A stretch of 64,000 nt of DNA from the human T2T-CHM13v2.0 reference genome, Homo sapiens: the NCBI RefSeq assembly GCF_009914755.1, contig NC_060932.1. One strand, given 5' to 3'. A program made the translations under genes and the position numbers. Positions 1-11,596 of this stretch are shown here, in pieces. The notes under the pieces were generated by a model. That model did no database searches, had not been told where the DNA came from, and saw only the letters and a program-made list of their open reading frames with translations. Position 1 is the stretch's first letter; the number at the start of each line of letters is the position of its first letter.

Positions 1-430
1 AACTTGAAAATTCAAATGCATGACAGAAGTAGCAAAATAGGACTTTATATTGTAATGAAGTGCATATTTACAAGAATAAATATAATTGCAATGTCTGTAC
101 TCAAATGGATATTTAGTAAAGAATTATGGTCAATAGCAAAGGCCTCTTGAAAATTTCAAAGTGACATGATAAATGTAGAATTCTGCTACTGTTATAATAG
201 TCAAATCTTTATTATTTGCTTGCTGTCTTTCTCTTACTCTCTCAAAAGTCTGTGTCTATGTACATATTCTTTAGTTGTGTCAGAGTAAATTAGTTACCTT
301 AAATCTACACTATTGACTTACTAGTGACTCAGTTGTCCCTACACCAGAAATAAATCATCTAAGGTTAAAAGTTTCTTCATAAATTTGCAAATTAATTTAT
401 TAAAAACTTGAGACATTTTTAAAAAATTAA

Positions 431-590
431 TATTTATTTATGTTTATTATACTTTAAGTCCTGGGATACATGTGCAGAACGTTCAGGTTTGTTACACAGA
501 TATACACATGCTATGATGGTTTGCTGCACCCATCAACCTGTCATCTACATTAGGTATTTCTCCTAATGCTATCCCTCCCCTTGCCCTCAC
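431..590 (-). mobile_element. L1PA (approx. L1PA7/8) 3' UTR fragment, 5'-truncated
   Basis: T-rich tail followed by the antisense L1PA 3' end (TTATACTTTAAGTCCTGGGATACATGTGCAGAAC...TGCTATCCCTCCCC). Confidence 0.9.
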
Positions 591-658
591 AGTGAAGACT
601 TTTTTCATATTCAAAAAATACTAAATAACTTGGGGTTTATTTTAAAAAAATACATAGT

Positions 659-1076
659 TGATATAGTTCGGATGTTTGTCTCATCCAAATCTCAAGATGA
701 AATGTAATTCCCAATATTGAATGTGGGGAATAGTGGAAGGTATTGGATCATGGGATGGATCCCTCATGAATGGCTTGGTACCCTTCTCACAGTAGTGAGT
801 GAGTTCTCGCTCTGAGTTGATGCCAGATCTGGTTGTTCAAAAGAGTGTGGCATCCTCGTTCCCCCACGGCTTGCTCCCACTGTAGCCATGTAATGCACTC
901 CTCCACCTTCACTTTCTGCCATGATTGGAAATTTCCTGAGGCCCTCACCAGAAGTAGAAGCAGACACCACACTTCTTGTACACCCTGCAGAACTGAAAGC
1001 CAATGAAACATCTTTACTTTATAAATTATCCAGTCTCAGGAATTCCTATATAACAATGCAAGAATGGACTGAAACA
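659..1076 (+). mobile_element. MaLR solo LTR (MSTB-like)
   Basis: TG...CA termini; MST-type start TGATATAGTTCGGATGTTTGTC; 5-bp TSD ATAGT at 654-658 and 1077-1081. Confidence 0.9.
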
Positions 1077-1193
1077 ATAGTATAAAATTAGTGTAACTTC
1101 TGATCATGGTTCCACTTTTTATTACAGACCTTCAATTTTCTAGAAATAAAGGAAAGTGTTAATTATAAACATTTTCACAATGACTAAAGTAGT

Positions 1194-1550
1194 TGATATG
1201 GTTTGGCTCTGTGTCCCCACCCAAACCTCACCTTGAATTGTAGTAATCCCCACTTGTCAAGGGCAGGACCAGATTGAGATAATTAAATCATGGGGGTGGT
1301 TTCCCCAATGCTGTTCTCATGATAGTGAGTGAGTTCTCAGGAGATCTGATGGTTTTATAAGAGGCTTCCCCCTTTGCTTGGCCCTCATTCTCTCTCCTGT
1401 CCTCTTGTGAAGAGGTGCCTTCTGCCATGACTGTAAGTTTACTGAGGCCTACCCAGCCATGTGAATCTGTGAGCCATTTAAACCTCTTTTCTTTATAAAC
1501 TACCCAGTCTTGGGTATTCCTTCATAGCAGCCTGAGAATGGACTAATACA
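1194..1550 (+). mobile_element. MaLR solo LTR (THE1D-like)
   Basis: TGATATGGTTTGGCTCTGTGTCCCCACCCAAA...GGACTAATACA; 5-bp TSD GTAGT at 1189-1193 and 1551-1555. Confidence 0.92.
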
Positions 1551-3524
1551 GTAGTTTTACGGCGTGAAATGTCATGAGCCAGTAAAGAAAAATAATTATT
1601 CAATCAGTGAAAATCTGTTCTTCAGTAAAGGATGTCTTTAGGTCAGCTTGTGCTACAGGTACAAGAAATGATTATTCTAAAAAAATTATCATCCCCAGGC
1701 AAGAGATCCTTATCCTTCAAGGCAAGAGAGATGGAGCTATTGGAATATTCTTTTTCCTTGATCAAAATATCCTTCATCGGGGAAATATTCTCTTGCAAAA
1801 ATACCACAGCTGTCTGGTAAGCCATTTATGACACAGCCTTAAACCCTTTGAAGGTAAGTAACACAATTTGATGTATATATTCATTTGTCATTTATAAACT
1901 ATTTTATAGTTGCCCTATTTCCTCAAAAAGAGTACTGCTTCATGGCAGAAAATATGTAAGCTCTTTCTCTCTTCTACAATGCCTGGCAGAATATTGGATA
2001 TTTGGAAACATAAATATCTGTGTTTTGAATACCTCAATGTTGTAATCTGTGAGACTCATTCTAGAAAACCACTAAAGTGCTATTTTGATGATTATTGCAA
2101 TTTTATTTGAAAGCATTGCTAAAATGGACTAATTATGATATTTTGGGAGTTTTTTTCTAAATTGTTTTCTCATTTCCCATCTTCATAAGATGCAGTATGA
2201 CTAAATAATATTCACGATCCCATTTTGAACAAGAAAAATAAAATGCATCTTGGTGTTCAATTAAATTACAAATGACTTCAAGGTGTCAATGTCTTTTTGG
2301 TTCTAGAAAAGACTTTCAAATTATACTGCTTAACAATGACATTTATAAAATGCTTTATATTTTTCAAAATGCCTTCACATAATGAAATTGTTACTAGCAA
2401 CTCAAGGTTGCTTTTGATTCAATAGAAGAAATATTTTGGTAATGAAATTTTGCCGCCTCAAATGTGCAGAAAGCAAAACCATCTATTTTATGCTGCAAAG
2501 CAAACCAGGCATTTTCAAGAATAGCTAGTAGTCTGACGCTTCTGAAAAAAAGTTACATAGTACAGGTCTAGAGGGAGTTCTGGAGAACATTCAAGAAGGG
2601 TCTGCATTGATTTCGAAAGCATTAGAATCCATCTACTAAAGTCCATAATAGAAACTGAGTACTTAAAGCGTCTTTCAAGCCAACATTTTCCTGCTAGAAC
2701 ATATTTTATTTACATTGTGATCACTTCAGAGAACGAAATAGTGGGTGACATCATTCAAATATCTCCTTAAAAACAATTGTTGATTTTTTCCCCATAAGTC
2801 TACATTAAAAAAATTTAAAGAAACTTAAAAATCTATTGAAAGTTGAAGTGTTTATTATGGTGCTCTGAGCTTGAGTAACTATAGGTAAATTTAAATGATG
2901 TAATTATAGCAATTAAGTGTGGAACTGGTAGGACATTTCCAGTTTATTATATGTCATATAGACAAATTAATCATCACCCAGGAACTTGAAATGCTGTAAG
3001 TGTTGAATTTTAACGTATTTTAAATTGGTGTCTACCTTTATATTAGCAGAACTTATAATGCTTAAAGTAAACCACCCAGATGTTTCAAATGATTACATAG
3101 ACAAATAATATTCCATATTATTATGATTTTTCCTGCTTGTATATGATATACTGTTGATAATGCAATCCGTTAGGAAAAGACAAACGTTTCTAGCATTGTT
3201 CTCCCAGAATGTTTGAAGTATTTCTGTTTGTGTGGATATGCACTGGACAATCCAGGTACATAAATGATCAATGTTGTTCTTTAACAGAGATCTAAGCCAC
3301 TTGGGGAGAATGGATAGCCTGGTCTGGGGGCTGATTTTATGAAGAACTTCTAGGCGTAGATACAAGAAGTGGGTTCATAAGCATCAAGCCCTGCAAGGCA
3401 TTGCACGAATGAATAAAATGCCTTTTCAAAGTAGGTCCTCCAAAAGATCTACCTAAATGGTAAAGCAAGAGGTAGAAGTGTTAACACAAATAATCAGATT
3501 TTGATAAACATATATGGCAATGAT

Positions 3525-4170
3525 TATTTTGCCAAGTCAGCAATTCCCCAAAATATGGTGCCTTGACACGCTAAGTGCTTTGAAAATTACAAGGGCTCAG
3601 AAATAAACCCCAGGACCATGGTCTCTCTATGACCTTTCCTCTCTGCCCCTGTCTTTCTCATCCTTTCTGAAAGGACTAGGAGAAGCTCCCTCTAGAATTT
3701 TCACATTTAAGAAAATTTCTTTCCAAAAGAAATGCAATTATATTAAGCCACCCTCCCTAGGAATCTCACCAAATAACCAGGAAAGATCAACCACCAAAGA
3801 AGATAAAAGACTGGGGGTCTCCACCACGCTCAGACAGACTTTTTAATCTATCTTCTGTGAACAGCTCCAACAGACTACCTGAAAGACTTTATCTGCATAG
3901 TAAGACAACCTTTGTTCCAGTGAACCGTATGGTCTGAATAATGGGCTGGTTCATTTCCCCACTCTCCTTCTTCTGTGAATAAGCCATTTAAGCCTCAATC
4001 ATCTGGTCCATCTTTGAGTTCATAATTTAAACAATTCCCATGCATGTGTGTGTACATAATAGTAATATATTTGTTATTTTTTCTCTTCTTATCCTGCCTT
4101 TTGTTATAAGAGTGTCAGCCATGACTCTTTATAAAGGGGAGAAAAGAAATCACTCCATTTGCATCTATAG
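3525..4170 (+). mobile_element. ERV1-class solo LTR (MER34/MER39-group-like)
   Basis: Recalled similarity of CAATTCCCCAAAATATGGTGCCTTG and GACTTTATCTGCATAGTAAGACAACCTTTGTT blocks; boundaries approximate. Confidence 0.6.
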
Positions 4171-4204
4171 AAAGCATTATATGCAGTCTAGGGGTGATTT
4201 AAAA

Positions 4205-5390
4205 CAGTGGTCCCCAGTCTTTTCGGCACCAGGGACTGGTTTCATGGAAGACAATTCTTCCATGGACTCAAGGGCAGGGGATGCTTGGGGGATGATTCAA
4301 GAACAATACATTTATTTTGGACTTTAATTCTGTTATTATTGTAATATATAATGCAATAATTATACAACTCACCATAATGTAGAATCAGTGGGATCCCTGA
4401 GCTTGTTTTCCTGGAAATAGATGTTCGCCATCTTGGGCTGATGGGAGAGAGTGACACCCGAATTGTGTTGCTTAATCCTGTTGTAGTTGCTGTCACTGCA
4501 GAAAACCCTGCTTCCCTAAGGTAGAATTTTGGAAATGGAAGCAGGCTTTTCAATGCTTTTGTGGTAACTTCAGGATATGCCCCTGCCTTGACTTTAATCC
4601 AGAATGTATGGAGACTTGAAGTTGTCTCAAACATACTTTTAAGGTCAGTGTCATTTGCAAGCTCAAGCAGTTGATCCTCTTCCAGTGTGGACAAAGCCAA
4701 TTTACCTGTTTAATTCACAAATGGGTTGCGCATCCACCATTCCTTCCCAGTTTGGGGGTCTTTCGTGGTTGGGAAGTAATGGTCAAACTCTTTTGAAAGC
4801 TGAGATATGTGATCATGCACCACCTGGGGGAAAGAAGGTCCTGGCTCAGTCTCTTTCAAAAATCTTTGCTAATGTTTGAAACATGTCAGAAGTCCCAGTG
4901 TTCATTCATCACTACCATAACACCACTTTGGCTTTGAATGCAGCCACTTTATCTGTTGACTTTAACAGAGTTGTCATTCTCCCCTGAAATGACAGATTGA
5001 GTTTGTTGAGCAGGTTGAATATGTCACACAAGTAAGCAAGTTTTGCGACCCATTCTGTGTCACTGAAATGTGCTGCCAGTGGTGACTGTTTTTCTAAAAG
5101 AAATCTCTGGAGCGACTCTTATAACTCAAAAATTCTGGCCAGTGATCTACCTTTAGAAAGCCATCTCACTTCTGTGTATAAGAGAAGACGTGTGTGCTCT
5201 GCGTCCATCTCCTCACAGAGCTGCACAAACAGACGTGAGTTAACAGCATGTACTTTAATGTGGTTGTTAATTTTAATCACATCCTGAAAAACGTTAAGTT
5301 CAGGTGACATTTTGTGGCTAGCCAACATTTCTCTGTGGATGACAGAGTGTGTAGACTTAGATTCAGAAGCGACCTCTTTGACCCGAGTCA
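4205..5390 (-). mobile_element. Charlie3/MER1 hAT DNA transposon fragment with decayed transposase C-terminal half
   Basis: MER1-type terminus CAGTGGTCCCCAGTCTTTTCGGCACCAGGGAC at 4205. Minus-strand ORFs 5119-5328 (LLLYTEVRWLSKGRSL) and 4242-4700 (FWIKVK..YPE...KALKSLLPFP..YLREAGFS) match Charlie/Buster-type hAT transposase and its dimerisation domain. Other end missing. Confidence 0.9.
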
Positions 5391-5623
5391 GATTTCAGTG
5401 ATTATCATGTTGAAATATACAATTACATGATAATTCCTATTGTTAATAGAAATGCTTATGCAGTGAAAAGATCTATGAGCTGGAGTATTTCTGTTTTATT
5501 GTTTTCAATCTAAATATTGTACGTTTAATGTATGAGAAGAACATTAAACTCCCATCACTTAAGCATAATAACTGCCTCATGTATCTATATAATGTTTCAA
5601 AGACATTTTTAGGCCATTTAAGC

Positions 5624-5916
5624 TTTTTTTTTTTTTTGAGACAGTTTCCTTCTGTTGCCCAGGCTGGAGGGCAGTGGCGCGGTCTTAGTGCACTAAAACC
5701 TCCGTCTCTTGGGTTCAAGCGATTCTGCTGCCTCAGCCTCCGGAGTAGCTGGGATTATAGGCACCCACCACAACACCTGGTTGATTTTTGTATTTTTAAT
5801 AGAGATGGAGTTTCACTATGTTGGCCAGCTTGGTCTCGAATTCCTGACCTCAGACAATCTGCCCTCCTCGGCCTCCCAAAGTGCTGGGATTACAGACTTG
5901 AGCTACCGCGCCTGGC
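5624..5916 (-). mobile_element. Alu (AluS)
   Basis: Full dimeric Alu antisense with poly-T; TSD TTAAGCTTTTT on both sides. Confidence 0.97.
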
Positions 5917-5928
5917 TTAAGCTTTTTA

Positions 5929-5982
5929 ATTTATAATAAATATCCACTGAAAGATTTATAATAAATATCCACTGAAAGATTT
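5929..5982. repeat. Perfect 25-bp tandem duplication
   Basis: ATTTATAATAAATATCCACTGAAAG x2, followed by ATTT. Confidence 0.95.
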
Positions 5983-6023
5983 CCTGTTAAATTTAGTGCA
6001 ATATTTTAAGTGATCGGCAGAAC

Positions 6024-8590
6024 TTTATTTTTTATTTTTTTTTAACTTTTATTTTAAGTTCAGGGGTGCAAGTGCAGATTTGTTACATAGGTAAAATGTG
6101 TCATAGGGGTTTCCTGCACAGATTATTTCATCATCTGTGTATTAAGCCTAGTACCCGTTAGTTATTTTTTTTTTTTTTATCCTTTCTTTCCTTCCACCTT
6201 CCACCCTCTGAATGGCCCCAGGGTGTGTTGTTCCCCTCTGTGTGTCCATGTGTTCTCATCATTTAGCTCCCACTTAAAAGTGAGAACATGTAGTATTTGG
6301 TTTTCTGTTTCTGAGTTAGTTTGCTAGAGATAATCGTCTCCAGCTCCATCCATCTCCCTGCAGAGGACGTGATCTTGTTCTTTTTATGGCTGCATGGTAG
6401 TCCATGGTGAATAGGTACCACATTTTCTTTATTCAGTCTATCATTGATGGGCATTTAGGTTGATTCTGTCTTTGCTATTGTGATTAGTGCTACAGTGAAC
6501 ATGCATGTGCATGTATCTTTATAATAGAATGAATTATATTCCTTTGGGTGTATAGCCAGTAATGGGATTGTGGGGTTCCATTTGAGCAATCGCCACACTG
6601 TCTTCCATAATGGCTGAACAAATTTTCACTCTTACCAATAGTGTATAAGCATTCTTTTTCTCCATAACCTTGCCAGCATCTATGTTTTTGATTTTTGTTT
6701 TCTTTTGACATTTTATTAATAACCATTCTGACTGATTGAGATAGTATCTCATTGTGGTTTGTATTTGCATTTCTCTAATGATCAGTGATATTGAGCTTTT
6801 CTTCATAAGATTGTTGACTAAATGTATCTCTTCTTTTGAAGAGTGTCTGTTCATGTCCTCTGCCCACTTTTTTTATGAGGTCATTCTCTCATTCTGTTGG
6901 TTGTCTTACTCTGTTGATAGCTTCTTTTGATTTGCAGAAGCTCTTTAGTTTAATTACATACCATTTGTCAGTATTTGGTTTTGTTGCATTTGCTTTTGGC
7001 ATTTCATTATAAAATCTTTGCCCATGCCTATGACCTGAATGGTATTGCCTAGGTTGTCTTCCAGGGTTTTTATAGTATGGGGTTTTACATTTACATCTTT
7101 AATTAATCTTGAGTTGATTTTTGTATATGGTGTAAGGAGGGGTCCAGTTCAGTCTTCTGCATATGGTTAGCCAGTTATCCAAGCACCATTTATTGAATAG
7201 GAAATCATTTACCCCATTGCTTTGTCAGGTTTGTTGAAGATTAGAAAGTTGCAGGTGTGCAGTCTTATTCCTGGGTTCTCTATTCTATTTCATTCGTCTG
7301 CGTCTCTTTTTATATCAGTACCATGCTGCTTTGGTTATTGTAGCCCTATAGTATAGTTAGATATCAGGTAACATGATGTCTCCAGTTTTGCTAGAATTGC
7401 CCTGGCTATTTCAGCTCTTTTTTTTGTTCCATATGAATTTTGAAATAGTTTTTTTTTTTCAGTGAAGAATGTCATTGATAGCTGGATAGGAATAGCATTG
7501 ATTCTGTGAATTGCTTTGAGCAGTATGATGATTTTAATTATACTGATTCTTCATATCCATGAGCATGAAATGTTTTTCCAGTTGTTTGTGTCATCTCTGA
7601 ATTCCTTGCACATAGATTCACAGCTGAATTCTACCAGATGTACAAAGAACAGCTGGTACCATTCCTACTGAAACTATTCCAGAAAATTGAGGAGGAGAGA
7701 CTCCTCTGTAACTCATTCTATGAGGCCAGCATCATCTTGATACCAAAGCCTGGCAGAGATAGAACAAAAACAGAAAACTTCAGGCTAATGTCTTTGATAA
7801 ATGTCAGTGCAAAAATCATCAACAAAATACTGGCAAACGAAATCTAGCAGCACATCAAAAAGCTAATCCACTACAATCAAGTAGACTTCATCCCCACGAT
7901 GCAAGTTTGGTTCAACACATGCAAATCAATAAATGTGATTCATTACATAAACAGAACTGAAGGCAAAAACCACATGATTACCTCAATAGAAACAGAAAGG
8001 ACTTTCAATAAAGCTCAACAACCATTTAGGTTAAAAACTCTCAATTAACTAGGTATTGAAGGAACATGCTTCAAAATAATAAGAGCCATCTATGACAAAC
8101 CCATAGCCAACATCATACCAAATGGGTAAAAGGTGGAAGCATTCCCTTTGAAAAATGGCACAAAACTAGGATACACTGTCTCACCACTCCTATTTAACAT
8201 AGTATTGGAAGTCCTGGCCAGGGCAATTAGGCAAGATAAAGAAATAAAGGCATCCAAATAAGAAGAGAGAAAGTCAAATTACCCATGTTTACAAATACCA
8301 GATCCTATATCTAGAAAACCCCATATTCTTGGCCCAGAAGCTCCTTAAGTTGATAAACAACTTCAGCAAAGTCTCAGGATACAAAATCAATGTGCAAAAA
8401 TAAAAATCACTAACATTCCTATACACCAACCACAGTAAAACCGAGAATCAAATCAGAAATAAACTTTCATTCACAGTTGCCACACACACACACACAAAAA
8501 AACAGCAACAACAACAACAAAACACCTAGGAACACAGCTAACTAGGGAGGTGAAAGATCTCTACAAGGAGAACTACAAACTACTGCTGAG
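6024..8590 (-). mobile_element. L1PA13-15-like element with 5' inversion (6024-7607 minus; ~7612-8590 plus)
   Basis: Antisense 3' UTR and ORF2 end switch at ~7608 to sense ORF2 RT region (ORF 7638-7847: [15 protein letters not shown]...[17 protein letters not shown]). Degraded TSD AGAACTTTATTTT (6019-6031) / ATAATTTTATTTT (8591-8603). Confidence 0.93.
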
Positions 8591-8764
8591 ATAATTTTAT
8601 TTTCAATTTAATAAGAATTATCGCTAAATTTTATTCTTTAGCAGAACATTTAAAATAACATTTCAATTTGGTATCTGCTATTGTTGTTAATCTTAGGATG
8701 CTTTCTTCTATGCTACAAAATTACTCAAAGTAATATTTGTGTGAGAATATAGGCCAGTAGAACA

Positions 8765-8900
8765 TTTATTTATTCATTCATTCATTCTTTAGCTCATTGA
8801 CTTGATATGTACTATGCTATAGGTACTTGGCTAGACTGAGGATGTAGAGATGAAGACACACACCTTTCCCCATAAGATGGTGAAGTAGAGGGCTGAGAAC
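8765..8900 (-). mobile_element. L2 3' end fragment
   Basis: (ATTC)n tail followed by L2-like antisense 3' sequence. Confidence 0.55.
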
Positions 8901-9024
8901 AGACATTTAAACCTACCATGGGGTAAGCATCATAACACCCTCTCTCTGTCTTGCCCTCATTAGCCTGGGCCTTTTGTGGCATAAGTGACTTCTGTTGTGT
9001 AGATGAAGTCAGTCCAAAGCTCCT

Positions 9025-9200
9025 TGGAACTTGGGCCAGAATGTTGTGAGTTTGAATGCTGCTTGCCACTTTCAGATGTGTAACATTGGATAAGTTTCTT
9101 TATTTCTCTTATCTCCTCAAGTGTAAAGTCTGGGTAATATACCCTTGTAAAAATCATAATATTGAACCTAAGGAGTTTAACACATTCATTTAACACATTC
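9025..9200 (+). mobile_element. MIR
   Basis: Decayed MIR core (GAGTTTGAATGCTGCTTGCCACTT...TGTAACATTGGATAAGTT). Confidence 0.6.
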
Positions 9201-9370
9201 ATAAATTAGATTAAGAACTCAAAACAAGTTGACTACTAATACAATTATTATAATTGCTAAACTTTAGTCTTCCTACATTTTTCTCTGTTATCTCACATTT
9301 AATCTGTTAATATGTCTCTATCTGTCTCTACTTAATTTTAGTGTTGTAAGAACCAGATAATAGTCAATGC

Positions 9371-10696
9371 TGGTTTTTCCTCACCTTTGTGGATCTTTGA
9401 AGAACATGACAAAAACAAGCAATGTGGAAAGAATTCCCTAATGAATAACTGTTTTTGGGAAAACTGACTACCCATATGCAGAAAACTGAAACTGGACCCC
9501 TTCCTTGCACCTTATACAAAAATTAACTCAAGATGGATTAAAGACTTAAACGTAAGACCTAAAGCCATAAAAACCCTAGAAGAAAACCTAGCAATACCAT
9601 TCAGGACATAGGCATGGGCAAAGACTTCATGACTAAAACACCAAAAGGAAGGGCAACAAATGTCAAAATAGACAAATGGGATCTAATTAAACTAAAAAAA
9701 CTTCTGCACAGCCAAAGAAACTATCATCAGAGTAAACAGGCAGCCTACAGAGTGGGAGAAAATTTTTGCAATCTATCAATCTGACACAGGGCTAATATCC
9801 AGAATCTACAAGGAACTTAAACAAAGTTACAAGAAAATAACAAACAACCACGTCAAAAAGTGGGCAAAGGATATGAACAGACACTTCTCAAAGGAAGACA
9901 TTTATGCGGTCAACAAACACAGGAAAAAAGTCTCATCATCTCTGGCCATTAGAGAAATGCAAATCAAAACCACAATGTGATAGCATCTCACACCAGTTAG
10001 AATGGCGGTCATTAAAAAGTCAGGAAACAGATGTGGAGAGGATGTGAAGAAATAGGAACACTTTTACACTGTTGGAGGGAGTGTAAATTAGTTCAACCAT
10101 CGTGGAAGACAGTGTAGCAATTCCTCAAGGATCTTGAACCAGAAACACCATTTGACCCAGCAATCCCGTTACTGTGTATATACCAAAAGGACTATAAATC
10201 ATTCTACTATAAAGACACGTGTACGTGTATGTTTATGGCAGCACTGTTCACAATAGCAAAGACTTGAAACCAACCCAAATGACCATCAATTATAGACTGG
10301 ATAAGGAAAATATGGCACATATACACCATGGAATACTATGCAGCCATAAAAAAAGAGATGAGTTCATGTCCTTTGCAGGGACATGGATGAAGTTGGAAAC
10401 CATCATTCTCAGCAAACTAACACAGGAACAGAAAACCGAACACCGCATGTTCTCACTCATAAGTGAGAATTGAACAATGAGAACATATGGACAGAGGGAG
10501 GGGAACATCACACACTAGGGCTTGTCAGAGGCTAAGGCCTAGGGGAGGGATAGTGTTAAGAGAATTACACAATATAGATGATGGGTTGATGGGTGCAGCA
10601 AACCACCATGGAACATGTATACCTATGTAACAAACCTGCACATTCTGCACATGTATCCCAGAACTTAAAGTATAATAATAAAAAAATACAGAAAAA
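9371..10696 (+). mobile_element. L1PA7/8-like 3' fragment (ORF2 C-terminus, 3' UTR, A-tail) with a tiny inverted 5' piece
   Basis: Sense L1 from ATCTTTGAAGAACATGACAAAAACAAGC to CTTAAAGTATAATAATAAAAAA; perfect 12-bp TSD AATAGTCAATGC at 9359-9370 and 10697-10708. Confidence 0.95.
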
Positions 10697-11172
10697 AATA
10701 GTCAATGCAACAACTTGGATTTTGTTTCCTGTTTAGAAGGTTTTTTTTTTCCTTTGTACTGAGAAAATTGAAGAAGTATTGGCTTATAGTCTAAACCTAG
10801 AAAAGACTACACTTCACCTGAAAAACTGCCAGCCAAGGCCTTCATATCTAGTGATTTGACTATGGTTCAATTATTAACACAGAAAGGAAGAAACTAACAA
10901 AATCCAGTGTCTTAATAAAGCAATACATCACTGTCAAATAGCATATGGAGAACCACACCAATAAGGCCACTAAAATTAGAACAAATGGAAATCTATTAAA
11001 AATTATGTTGCCTAAAACTTGTCATCATTGATTATGTGTGGAGAAGACAACATAGTGTACTAAAAACAGCAAGGATTTTATTTTCAGAAACAAACATAAC
11101 TTAGGTGTGTCATCCTAAAATATTAAATATTTGTGTTTTCACGCCTTGTGTTATCCTGAAAGACTGAATATT

Positions 11173-11540
11173 TGTAATGCTACACCTGTCCCGAATTGCC
11201 TCCTCTTTGGTCCTCAGGTAACACTTGATTATGCACCCCGCTCTCCCATTGTATTGGTGATGAGAGACAGAGAGCAACACCCCTGCCTCCCTGTTTGATT
11301 CCGGGAGGTGCATGTAACCAAAGCAGCATCAATTAGTACTTTCTGGGATTATTATATAGCCTTGGAGGAAAGAGAAGTTGCCTCCCTGCTTCTAAGCTAG
11401 AAGGATTCAATGCTGGTAGTAATTTTGTCTCCCTGAGGAATAAGCCAAGCAGCAGCAAGCACATATGAGTGCCAGAGAGAAACTGTAAAGCTCTAACTCA
11501 TGCCGTGCGTCCATGAATCCAGCCATGGAAGAAATCAAGC
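11173..11540. mobile_element. Possible old ERVL-class LTR (LTR16/LTR33-like)
   Basis: Weak recalled similarity (GGTGCATGTAACCAAAGC; GAATCCAGCCATG); highly diverged. Confidence 0.35.
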
Positions 11541-11558
11541 CAAGCTATAAAAAAGCAC

Positions 11559-11562
<4 letters not shown>

Positions 11563-11592
<30 letters not shown>
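11563..11592. repeat. (GA)15 microsatellite
   Basis: Direct reading. Confidence 0.97.

Positions 11593-11596
<4 letters not shown>

Noticed and set aside
1600-1860. Splice-donor-like sites (CTG|GTAAGC ~1816, AAG|GTAAGT ~1853) suggesting an exon
   Set aside because: No recognisable protein and no partner exons. Such motifs occur by chance; a lncRNA exon cannot be supported without transcript data.
4242-5328. Domesticated ZBED5/Buster-like gene
   Set aside because: Fragmented frames, missing N-terminal half and a retained MER1 terminus indicate an ordinary decayed Charlie3 copy.
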